This document shows, piece by piece, positions 13,416-24,984 of a DNA stretch of 64,000 bases. The translations under genes and the position numbers were made by a program. The DNA comes from Camelus ferus (lineage: Eukaryota). The stretch is from the NCBI RefSeq assembly GCF_009834535.1, contig NC_045696.1, positions 106,084,001-106,148,000 of the forward strand, read 5' to 3'. Position 1 is the stretch's first letter, and each line of letters starts with the position of its first letter. A model generated the notes under the pieces. The model ran no database searches. It had not been told where the DNA came from and was given only the letters and a program-made list of their open reading frames with translations.

Positions 13416-13495
13416 CATTATCAACAAATTGGAAGAACATGAGGAGTTTTTCCCAGCATTTCAGGCATTTACTAATGATCTACTTGAAATCTTAG
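13416..13495 (+). CDS. CEP70: CEP70 penultimate coding exon (S)[26 protein letters not shown]
   Basis: T-tract + aaaag acceptor, G|gtaaga donor, 80 nt. Confidence 0.95.
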
Positions 13496-16063
13496 GTAAG
13501 ACTTCTGATGGTGGTGGTTAAATTTTGAGTCTGACGTCAGTGAGTTTGAGGGAAGAGTGTGCCTAAGTCATTGGATTAGTGTTTTCACCTTGAGTGTCTG
13601 GAAACCACAACAGTTCTAGAAATGAACTTCTAACTTACCATTAGGGTTGGTTGGGATTAGTGTACAGAACAGAGAAGCACAGAACCTTTAAGAAGCTGGA
13701 GGCTGCCTTTGTTTTAGGACTTTAAAATAAGAAATGGCATTACTCTGGCTAGTCCCAGTTTAACCCTGGTTCTGTCATTGCCTAATGGGAAATGTTTGTA
13801 GAATTTATGATCTTGGAAGATGTCTTTTTTCCCTTCCTCCTCCTCCTTTTTTTAAGATAGTTCCTATCTACTGTGTTTTTTAAATACACAAATTAAAGTA
13901 ATAGTAACTTAAAGTAATACAAAGTAGACATCTGTAGAAAGGACATAAATTTATAATCTGTAAAAGGGAAGAGATACATTTACACTCTTGGTCAGGTTGA
14001 GGGCTTCGTTAGTAATAATCTCTCTTAAAGGGAGAAAATGTAAGTTGCTTAGGAATCATAGGCAAAATAGAGACCCAGGTCTGTTACTTTAAGTATGATT
14101 ATATATGGCTATAAAAATAATTTATTTCATTGTTAAGAGCACTTTTTAAAAAGGTAAAGTGATCTATTCATTAATGAATTCTTTTTTTTCTGTATAACTA
14201 ATTTGAAATTGAAAGTTTTTTTTAAGAATGGCTCCTTGACATAGGAAATTAGATTAGGAGAGGAGATGAGGTTTAGTAGAAGTGAAAGGAATGAGTAAAT
14301 TAAAATTGGGTAAGAAGATGAATAAATGAAAGAGGTGTGGACTGGAGTATATAACCATTGAACATAAAGTTTTGTGGCCAGTTTTATGTAGACTGGAAGC
14401 AAGGGAGACATGAGTGAGTGCGCTTCAGTCATGCTCATATACTTAAAAAGATCATGGCAATGGAAAATGTAATTTGGAAGTTAAACTTGAAATGTGAAAT
14501 TGTAGAAATGTGTTGCCTTATATCTCGAAGAGCCTTGTTTCATGGAGTAATATGATTTTCCTTGCTTTGGGGGTAGCAATAACTTAAGCTATGAGTTTCT
14601 TGTCATAAACATTTTAGTAAGTGTGTTGGTAACACTTATTTCAGAATCCTTCTGTAGGAACTTCCTCTCAGATATGATACTTAGTATGATGCAGGTGGGA
14701 TCTGATGCAGATGAACTCTGTGTATTAGTCACAGTTGAAATTCTGGAGTAAATACTGTATTTAACATTGGGAAGGTTAAGTCTGTTTTGGTAAACATGAC
14801 TTTTTATTATTACTAGATGTCATATTAAGAGTCTAGAATTAGAGTGGTGGTGTACTGAATATCAGGTATGGAGAAGGACTTTTTTTCTCATGTAAGTGGC
14901 ATGATTAGCTGAGAAAATTCTATCAGCTGAGATCCTCCTTCTTTTCATTTGGTGAGATAGCAGTTGTGATTTCAGAATGAGGGCCAGGGAATAATAACTT
15001 GATCTTTTACCTTACCACAGTGTAAGGTGTGAACCAAACTCTGTTGTAGGTTTGCTTTTATTTTCTCCTTCCCAATATCTTGGTGCTTTGTAAGTGGATT
15101 CAGACAAGAATTCTGACTGAAGTCAGGAGCATAAACAGCATGGGTCACGTGTTTGGGCTAAAGGAAGAACAGCCAAATCCAGCTAAACATGGAAGTAGAG
15201 AGGTGGAATCCAAGGAAGCATGTTTAATATAAAGGAAGTGAGTTTATGAACAGTGGCTCAGCAAAATCTAGAAAAAAAGTGGTGAAAATCTAGAGAACCT
15301 GCCACTGGGACTTACCTTAAGTAGAGCTGGAGTCTAAGAATAACGAGAGAAAGGGCCTTCCTTCCTCAGTGACCAGGAACTTTCAGACAGTGAATTCCAA
15401 CTTAGGCTGGTTGGAAGAAGATAGTCTTAGGAAGAGAAGTCAAATTCAGAAAGAACCTGGCAGAGAAGAACCTGACATGTCTGGTACACTGGACCAGGCG
15501 AAGCTCTGTGATGCACCGCATCAGAGGTCTGTGCTGAGACACCGCGTATCTTTATTTAGGGAGATAGGGTTCATCCTAAAAGGTAGACCTAAGAGCGATC
15601 CTACTAATGAGAAATCTTTCTCAGAGAATTAGGATAGGACTGTGTTCCAAGAGAAGAAATCCCTAAATCCTCAGATGGGGAGCCAGGAGAGAGACAGCCT
15701 CTACCTGGGGTTTCGCCATGGAGGCTCACCTGTGTAATTATACAGATTTAAAGAGGCAGTAACATAATAACAAAAATGTGGCTAGTAAGAACTATTAATA
15801 AGAGCACACTGCTACTGAGGTTAATATCAGAGTCAGGATGCTTTTGTAGGTATGTGGTAGCTTTGACAAAGAGCTGCCCTGTGAAGCATCTGTGTCTGAA
15901 TCAGTGATATTATCACCACTGTCAGAGAAAAATTTCATATGGATGAAAGACTAGTGTTGTTGCCTTTGTGTTCGAGGTTTGCTTTTGCATAGAGATTCTC
16001 ATTTCATCTGAGCCTAACACTGGATAAAGCTCTTCTTTCATTATTCTTGTTTTTCTGTTACAG

Positions 16064-16125
16064 AAATTGATGACTTGGATGCCATTGTACCTGCAGTAAG
16101 GAAATTAAAAATACTTTCATACTGA
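16064..16125 (+). CDS. CEP70: CEP70 last coding exon (E)IDDLDAIVPAVRKLKILSY*
   Basis: ttacag acceptor; TGA at 16123-16125; matches the recalled CEP70 C-terminus. Confidence 0.95.
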
Positions 16126-16755
16126 AAACAAATCAAATCATTTTTACTGTGTAAATTGCATTCTTAACATTTTAAGTATTTTGTAGGATCTTACTTTGAG
16201 ATAAGGGTTATAAAATGTATTTACTCTCGGAATTTACCCCCTTCTTTGTATTGGGTCCTCCAACCATAAAATTATTAACTTTGAGATTCTTGTATAGAAA
16301 ACAGTTGCTAAGTTTAAGTAGGAAGTTAACTTTAGATCCTTTAATCATTTCTTAAGCAATTCTTGAGTGCTTAACATTTAAGATTGTTTTAAAGTACAGT
16401 GTGTAAGAGAGAAACCCAGGGAGAGATAGTGCAAGTAATAGAGAGGTTGCATTTAAGTTTAGAGTTCAGTGACCTTTTTGATTCTGGAACAAGGAATGCC
16501 AGTGTCTCTCTTAAGTCCAGCCAGCAGGAAGCAATTGCTTTCCTGGCAAGGAAGTGGCACATTCTATTAAGATATCCCTCATAACACTTGCCCTTTCAGA
16601 TCAGGAGGAAGAAAAGGAAGAAGGAAAAAATTGTTTTATTGTGTTAGGGTAGGGAATGAATTATGGGATAAAATAGATGAGTGGATAGAAGTCTCTCATA
16701 AAAAAATCTTTTTTGCTGTCTTGATGTAATAATACTTTTTATAAGGGCATGAGAT

Positions 16756-16765
16756 ATTAAATAAA
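16756..16765 (+). terminator. Candidate CEP70 polyadenylation signal (overlapping ATTAAA/AATAAA)
   Basis: attaaataaa about 630 nt after the stop codon; motif only, no transcript data. Confidence 0.5.
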
Positions 16766-17239
16766 ATTTTTGTAAAGAATTTCCAAACAGAGGTGTCCTC
16801 AGTGACTTATTTGTATTCCTCACAAATAATGAGTCATATTCTCTTACTAGGCTGAGCCTTCCTTGGGCAACTTTGCAATTTGTCGGAATCTTTGTGGCTT
16901 CTTTATATGTGATGAATTTCCCCATTTTCCACATGTGCTTTAAAAAAAAGTATATATAGTGCTATTGTATTGTTTAAATCTACTTTATTTCTATCATTTT
17001 TTTGCCTGATTGATTTGTTACTTTATGGGAGACACTGAAATCTCTGTGGACTTGTGGAATTTTATTTTTTATATTTTGGGCCTATTTTTAAGTACTTATA
17101 AGTAAATTCATAGTTGATAATATCTTCTAGATTAATCTCTCTCTTTATTACTATTTATGCTTCTCAGCTTGAATGCAATTTTGTCCTTTCTTTTAATTAA
17201 TAGTTGCCAGATATTTTTACTTCTCTTTTTCATTTATTT

Positions 17240-19380
17240 CATGAATCCTTTTTATTACAGAATGTAACACATATGCTCAATGTGGTAAAAACCATAAATG
17301 TCAAGTGTAATGAATGATAATAAAGTGGACACCCATGCAACAACCAAAAATTAGAACATTGCCAGCACTCCAGCAGCCTCTCCCACACACCATATGTGCC
17401 TTCTCTCAAGAGGTAGCCATTAGCCTGACTTACGTTAATCACTTACTTATTTTTTTAAATCATTTTGCCACTTTTGTCTGTATGCCTAAACCAAGGTAGC
17501 TGAGTTTTGCCTGTTTTTGAACTTTATAAAAATGGCATCATTTTGTTCATATTCTTATAAATTTTTCTTCTTTTGTTCAGTATTATGTTCATCCATGTTG
17601 TTGTGTGTAGGTCCAGATCATTTACTTTCATTGGTGCCTAGTATTCCTCTATGAATGTTCCATAATTCATTTGTCTGTTCTACTGGGGATTGACATTTGG
17701 GTTGTTTCTAGTTCTTGGCTGTTTTGAATGACTGCTGTGAACATTCTTGTATGTGCATCCTTGTACACCTCTGTGCAGGTTTTCTGGAATCAATATCCAA
17801 GAAGTAAAATTGCTGTGTCCTAGAGGAAAACACGTCTGTATACAGTCACAGAGGCTGTGTCCTGAACAAGTGGAGGTGGTACCATTTCTATAGATAAAGG
17901 ATGTGAAGGGAACCTCTGGGGATTTATAATGTGGCAACTTTGACAAACAATATGTATTTCAACTTTAGAAGACAATGCCAAACTTTTTTCCAGAGTGATT
18001 TACCAGTTTATACTCCCACCATTAATATATGAGAGTTCCCAATTGTCTACATCCTGACCAGTTTTTGGTAAGTCAGATTTTTAAATTTTTTGCAGTGTAG
18101 TGTATTAGTGTGGCTTTAATGTTTATTTCCCTGATTACTAATGAAGTTAAACATCTCTCCTTTGTTGGCCATTTGTATTTCTTTTTTTGAAGTGCTTATG
18201 TCTTTTGTTCATTTTTCTATTGAACTGTCTTATTGATTTATAAGTTATTTATATATGTGGGACATGAGCCATGTGTTGCAGATGTTGTCTTCTTTGTCCT
18301 CTTTCCATTTTCCTCTACTTTCTTTTTATGGACTGAAGAACTTAATTTTAATATAGACAATAGAGTTAGAGGTGTAGAGATTCTAGTTAGTGCTCTTTGT
18401 GTCTTATGAAATTTTTCTCTAGTCACAAGTTGTCAGGTTATTCTCCTATATTATCTTACAGCTGTATGGTTTTGCCGTTCACTTAGTCTCATATACCTGG
18501 AGTTTTGTTTTGTTTTTTAAAGTGGTATGAGTAAAGGACCATTTTATATTTTTCATTATGGATACTCAGTTGTCTCAGCACCATTTTTGAAAAATCTCTC
18601 ATTTCCCCTCTACTCATAGTGCTACCTCTGCCATAATTCGGTTACCTATGTGTGAGTGTGTCTATTACCAGACCCTTTTCTAGTCCTTTGGACCAGTTGT
18701 CTCTCTCTGCACTAGTACCCCCCTGTCTTCATTATTTTAACTTTAAAATAAGCTGTTATCCATTTGAAGGCTTCCTACCCTTTGTATTTCTATGTATATT
18801 GAATCTGCTTATCAAGTGATAGACACATGTACAACTTATTGGGATTTTTATTTGGTTTTCTTTAAACATAGGATCAGTGGAGGAAATCAGCATCTGTAAT
18901 GTTGGGTCTTCAAACTCCAGATATGTCATCACTCTCCACTTGGTTAGGTTTACTTTAACATTTCTTAATAAAGTTTCATAATTTTCATATAGGGATTGTT
19001 GTTGGATGTGTTCATAGTATTTGATCTTTTATACATTCATAAATTATCTTTTTAAAATTTCACTTTCTGTTGTAGGAACAGAGAACCACAGTTGATTTTT
19101 AAATATTTACTTTGTATTTAGCAACCTTGCTAAAAAAAACTCTCTGATTAACTCTAGTAGTTTACCTTTAAATTATTTTGGATTTTTATGTTCATGATCA
19201 TATTGTCTGTACATAACAACAGTTTTGGTCAGATATACCTGTTTTTTCTTGCCTTACTACACACGCACAATACAGTGCTGAGTAGAAGTGGTGATAGGAA
19301 ACAGCCTTTTCTTGTTCCACATTTCAGAAGGAAATCTTTTAATGTTTCCACCATTAGATATAATGTTTGCTACCATTAAT
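17240..19380 (-). mobile_element. Old fragmented L1 (antisense) in the CEP70-ESYT3 intergenic region
   Basis: diverged L1 ORF2/3'UTR motifs (ttgggttgtttctagtt…, agtggtgataggaaacagccttttcttgttcc); boundaries approximate. Confidence 0.75.
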
Positions 19381-19734
19381 GTAGACAGAAATCTAAAGTG
19401 TCTTGGGTCTATCTTTTTCATCCTTTTATTTTCAACACCTCTGTGTGTTTGAAGTAAACATCTATAAATAGCATGTAGCTATACTTTATTTTCATGGAAT
19501 TTGACATGGGTTTCAGTAGTGGGTTTACTGTAATTGCAGATATATTTAGAGGTCTTTTGATCATCTTTTGCATTTTATCATATTTTTCTATGCTGCTTTT
19601 TTTCTTCCCTATATTTTGAGTGGGGTTGTCTCTTTATTACCCTTTCTTCACTACTGATTTGGAAGTTTTATATTTCAGCTCTGTTGATTTTTCTGTTGTT
19701 GTTCTATTTTATTGGTTATGTCAAAAAATTTTTA

Positions 19735-20706
19735 GACATCTTTATTGTGGTATGGTTCCTGTACAGTAAACTACATATATTTCAGATGTACCCTTTGATG
19801 AATTTTGATAGATGTATACACCAATGAAACCACTACCACAATCAAGATAGCTAACATTTCCATCACTCCCCGATATTCGAATTCCCAATTTATCCCTTCC
19901 CACCCCCTTTAGCCCCTGGTAACCATACGTTTGTTCTCTATGTCTGTGAGTCTGTTTGTTTTGTAGATATGTTCATTTGTGTCCTTCTATTAAGATTCCA
20001 CGTATAAGCAATATCATATGGCATTCTTCTTTCTGGCTTCACTTAGAACGGTGATCTCCAGGTCCATCCATGTTGCTGCAAATGGCACTATTTTGTTCTT
20101 TTTCATGGCTGAGTAGTATTCCAGTCATCTGTTGATGGACACTTGGGTTGTTTCCATGTCTTGGCTATTGTAAATAGTGCTGCTATGTACATTGGGGTGC
20201 ATGTGTCTTTTTGAATTCTATTTTTCTCTGGATATATGCCCAGGAGTGGGATTGCTGGCTCATATGGTAAGTTTGTTTTTAGTTTTTTAAGGAAACTCCA
20301 TAGTGGCTGCACCAGTTTACCTTCCCACCAACAGTGTAGGAGAGTTCCTTTTTCTCCACACCCTCTCTAGCATTTATTGTTTGAAGACTTAATGATGGCC
20401 ATTCTGACTGGTGTGAGGTAATATCTCATTATAGTTTTGATTTGCATATTCTCTAACAATTAGTGATATTGAGCATATTTTCATGTGCTTGTTGGCTATT
20501 TGGATGTCTTCTTTCGAGAGATGTCCATTTAGGTCTTCTGCCCATTTTTTGATTGGGTTGCTTGTATGTTTTGACTATTAAGGTGTATGAGCTGTTTGTA
20601 TAGTTTGGAAATTAGTCTCTTGTCGGTCACATCATTTGCAAATATTTTCTCCCATTCTGTAGGTTGTCTTCGTTTTGCTGATGGTATCCTTAGTCCTTTG
20701 CTGTGC
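19735..20706 (-). mobile_element. L1 3' portion (ORF2 C-terminus + 3'UTR)
   Basis: ORF 20103..20312 gives the L1 ORF2p C-terminal motif [10 protein letters not shown]…AALFTIAKTWKQPKCPS. Confidence 0.9.
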
Positions 20707-21568
20707 AAAATTTTATCATAAATTTTTTAATGTATACTTTATCAGTTATCAGTTAGGATCCAGTCAGGAGGTGGGAACTGCACTGCACAGGTTGCCTAAC
20801 AGGAAGAATTTAAAACAAGAATTGTTTGCCTGTGACCCTCCCTTTAGTGGGAATTATCTGCTGCAGTGGACATACATGTGCCCTAGATGGGAATGGCAAC
20901 CCTAAGGTCCAGTTCTGTGGTTGACTGTCAGGGCTTCAGATAGTTCCAAGTTCTCAACCAGTTTTCACTATAGTTTTAAGGTGTGGGGGTTTCAATTGTG
21001 TGTAACTTCAGACCCTATTTTCCTATAGGAGAGATTAACTGATTGTTACCATCATTGCTGACAGCCAATTTCTTGTCCTCATTGGCAGCCAAGATGCGTT
21101 CTGATGACAGAACTTCAGGCTTCTTGTCCCTTACACAGTAGCCTTGCCTCCTTTCCTGATGTATGCGAAAATTCTGGTTCTCTTCAACATCTAAACACCT
21201 CTTCAACTCCTACACCCTGCTGTAGATTTTCTCTTTGGTCATTACCAGGAACTTTACCTGTGTTAGTTTTCAGTTAACCGTGTTTAAAATAAATGTTGTT
21301 CGTAGGTTTAACTAGGTTGTCTCTGTGGAAGAGAAAGGATAGATTTTCACTTGTCTGTTGTCTTTCTCAGTAGTTGTTTTAGGGTTGCTAATATTCAGGA
21401 CCTGATTTATGATACGGTCCCTTATATTCTGATACGTTACCATTTGTAGGACACTTGTCTGTTTAGTGAACATTACAATGCCATGTGAGGTAGACAGGAC
21501 AGGCATTAGTTGCCCCATTTTATTATGAGAATTTGTCACTCAAAATATAAATCTCAGCAGAAACAAAT

Positions 21569-21574
21569 TTTATT
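21569..21574 (-). terminator. Candidate distal ESYT3 poly(A) signal AATAAA
   Basis: tttatt on +, followed on - by U/GU-rich sequence (TTTGTTTCTG…TTTATATTTTG); motif only. Confidence 0.4.
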
Positions 21575-22883
21575 ACACATCTGTCACGTACTTAGCATAG
21601 TCTTGGATGATGGGGGTGAAAATCAGTTCAAGTAGCTTATGTTCAGTTGTAGAGTAAACAAACATTAAATACCAAACACAATAAGTCGTTTCTTAAGCAT
21701 GTGACCTTAATACATACCTAATAAACATTTTCAAAAATTAATACTATAATGCAGGGAACTGTTAAAATGAAGAATGCACAATGTTGATAGTAGATGCTAT
21801 AGGTAGGGTGTAGGAGAGGCCCTCTCACTGTGGACTGGATTAATGGAGTCACTGCCCAGGAATACTGGCAGCTGCTCCAGGAACAGGAGGAGGTGGGTTT
21901 GAGATAGGCCTCTAAGAAGTGAGTAGGCTTAGGGGGCAGGATATATTTGAACTTCTCTGGAATAGAGCATCTACACATAAATAAAGTAGCAAAAAACTGG
22001 AGACCTGGTTATGTTACGTCTGAAACACAAATTAAGGAGTGGGCTTTAGTTTTGTAGAAAATAGATAATTTGTAAGTGCGAGTAACATGACAAAAATTTT
22101 GTTCAGAAAAGCGGCAGTGAAGGCTGTGGTACGGAGAGGAAACTGATGGTAGGGATGTTGCCTGAGTGGGTAAGAGAAAAGAGGATGTGACCTTGACAAC
22201 ACCTCTAGGAACGTCAGAGAAAACCAGAATATTTGGTTTTATAAAGTCTGAAATGCAAGAGAGGCACTTGTTTAAATATACAATTTACATATTTTGTTGT
22301 TGTTAAAGTGTTATTTAGGAAAACCAGCTGTCTCTTGGAAAAGTGGCAAAGAATCCCCAAACCCGTCTGGGAGAGAGAGAGAAAGCCCTTTTCTCTTTGG
22401 CACCGACACTGGGCAGCAGTCTCCAGTGCTCTGCCCTGGGAGTGCAGACAGGAGACCTGGGTTTGGAATTCAGCTTATATTTTCCTATGGAAATAATGCC
22501 ACCTGCTGGGTCCCAGGCCATCCCATCCTGGAATGCTTAGTTTAAGGTATTTAGGTATATCACTACAACATTGTTGCCATCAGGAAACTACATTTTAGTT
22601 CCAAATCAGATACAGGAATAAATCTCCAGGCAGAGATGTACCAGAAGGGCTTAGGTATCATTAGCTCTTGGCACTTTGCGGTGAGTCCCCATTTAGTCTC
22701 ATAAAAGAAGCCTCCTCCCTTGGTCAGTCACTACTCGGGAATAATGGTAGCTGCTCCAGGAACAGACCTCCCTCCCCCTGTGTCTGGAGACAGGAACCCT
22801 TTTGGTGCATACATTCAGGCAAGTCCTAAGTCAGACTGACTGTAATTACCAAAAGCGAAAATTCACCACTGAGGTGCTGGTAG

Positions 22884-22889
22884 TTTATT
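22884..22889 (-). terminator. Candidate proximal ESYT3 poly(A) signal AATAAA
   Basis: tttatt on + about 220 nt past the stop codon; motif only. Confidence 0.35.
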
Positions 22890-23109
22890 AGGCACTAATA
22901 CCCCATTTCTTTCTGGATTTAAACAATTAAATCCAACCAAGAGATGCCTTTCATGTGTTTATCTCTTCCTAATACTATCTTGTCATGCAGTTAAACTGCA
23001 TACAAGAATGTATATATATAAATGTATTTTCAAATGGCTGTCCTGATTTAAATTACAAAATACACATATGTACACATTTTAATATAAAGGTAATAAATGT
23101 TGCTCATCA

Positions 23110-23146
23110 TCAACTTCTGGGCTGTCCATCTGGTGTCAGCTCATAC
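23110..23146 (-). CDS. ESYT3: ESYT3 last coding exon: YELTPDGQPRS*
   Basis: ttacag acceptor; stop TGA followed by two more in-frame TGA codons. Confidence 0.95.
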
Positions 23147-23495
23147 CTGTAAGAGAGATGTGATTGGATCTGAGTTAATATTGAGAGCCTGTTGTGGCAG
23201 CATGAGGACAAAGTGGCCTAGTCCTGCCTGGGCTTCTGTAGGACCAGCAGAACCCATCTCTCTGTAAGCTGGCCAGCTGGGGTTAAGACTAGAGCTTGCA
23301 GAGGTCCTGTAGGTAACTGAAATCTGCAGTCAGGAAGCCTTAAGTAAAGGTAATAATCTGTCTCCCTCCTCGATAAACAAAGGCTCTGAAATGTACTGAA
23401 AAGATAAGAACTTTGGAGAGAGAAAACGGCAACTATCTGAGACAGTGTCTTACTTGAGTAGCAGATTAATGTGATAAAATGAAAGGCTCACTTAC

Positions 23496-23545
23496 CATTG
23501 TGAGAAGCCCCTAATCAGATCTTCTTTTGATAAGTCAATCAGTAC
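23496..23545 (-). CDS. ESYT3: ESYT3 exon 22: VLIDLSKEDLIRGFSQ(W)
   Basis: gtttag acceptor, TG|gtaagt donor, 50 nt. Confidence 0.95.
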
Positions 23546-24341
23546 CTAAACAAACACAAATAGTCAGTTCCCTTCCCAAAAATTGCACCAAAAGGAAACA
23601 TATTGACCATAAAAAGGGCCCCGTTGGGTTTTGAGCAGGAGCTCTTTTTCCTTGGCTTTCAGTATGGAAACCTCTCCAGAAGGACAGTATTGGCCCTGCC
23701 CCAGTGCCCTGGGAAGAGGTGAACTGCTGCTCGTAGTTGTACCTCGGGTATTTATGTATATTTTAGAGAGAATAACTTGCCTTTACTCATTAACTGATTC
23801 AGAATTTTAAGCAAGACACAGTAGTTGCCTCACTGTGAAAATGAGAAGTGGGTTTTAGAAAATGTGTAAGAAGGTGTTTATTAAAATATAACAACTACAG
23901 AGTGTACAAAGGTCATTTTTTTTGTCTCTTTGGCATCTTCCTGAGGATTATGTTTCCTCTACTTCTACCTTAAGTAAAATCCCAGTCACTGCAAAAATTT
24001 TGTCATAATGAGACCCAAGCTTCACACAATGCTGTATTTATCAAATCAATAGTTAAACCCTAGTCGAGGTTCAAATACTTGTGTAATGATGAATTTCGAT
24101 ATTCTTGAGTTTCTTAAAATAGGGTTTATCATATTAATTTATATACATTACTTTCAAGAATATTTTAAAATATTTTTTTAAAATTACATATAACAAAAAA
24201 ACCTCCGAATGAGGCTGGCTATACCTTCTTTGAAGTCACTTCTGATAATGACCCATCAGAATTTCTGCAAGAGTGTGTTCCACCAGTGAAGTCCAGTTAG
24301 CTACCAGGAGGGAAAGTACCGGGAGTCCCTCTTGTACTTAC

Positions 24342-24447
24342 TTTTCCTAGCTCTTTCCTTCTGTGGGAGCCCAGCGGCCTGCTGTTTTTCACTGCGACAT
24401 CTAGTGACCTCTTCTTTACTTCCTCCATGGGAACAAAAAATTCAAAT
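24342..24447 (-). CDS. ESYT3: ESYT3 exon 21: FEFFVPMEEVKKRSLDVAVKNSRPLGSHRRKELGK
   Basis: ttaaag acceptor, AAA|gtaagt donor, 106 nt. Confidence 0.95.
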
Positions 24448-24984
24448 CTTTAAGAAGCAACAAGTCAAGAAGTGAGATTTATATATTTTAATCATTTTGT
24501 TGAAAATCTAAAGTGTTTCATCCATTTTCCTACCTTTAAAGCAGAAGACAGAGACTATTGAGAGGAGCATCTAGAACAGCACCGACTCAGCAGACACTCA
24601 GGGCATCCCTGCTGCAGACAGTCCCTGTCCTGTGTTGTTCACAAACCCTGCAAGTGTCAAGAGGCCACTGCCTCTCTGAGAGGTCCCTTGGACTGCTGTG
24701 CTTTGGGGTTCACACCTTTCCTTCTCTGACTCTACCCTGATTGTCACTCTTTCAGCTGCCCCTTCTGTCTCTGAACTGTGCCTGCTTCAAAGGACCACCT
24801 CAACCCCTTTCTAAGTTGTTTTTTTCTGACCAGATAAGGGCTAGGATGCTGAATAGTTAGGTTGGCTGGAATTGCATGGAAATAGTGGCCTCATCCCACT
24901 TCTGCTTGTGGAATAAAGCAGAGGAATCTTACTGTACAGGCTTTATCATGTACTCACAGGAAGCCTCTGGACTCCTTATTTCTA

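Noticed and set aside
15100..15750. ORF 15369..15632 as a nested gene or extra CEP70 exon
   Set aside because: No recognisable homology, and the flanking CEP70 exons already join in frame; possibly an unrecognised LTR remnant.
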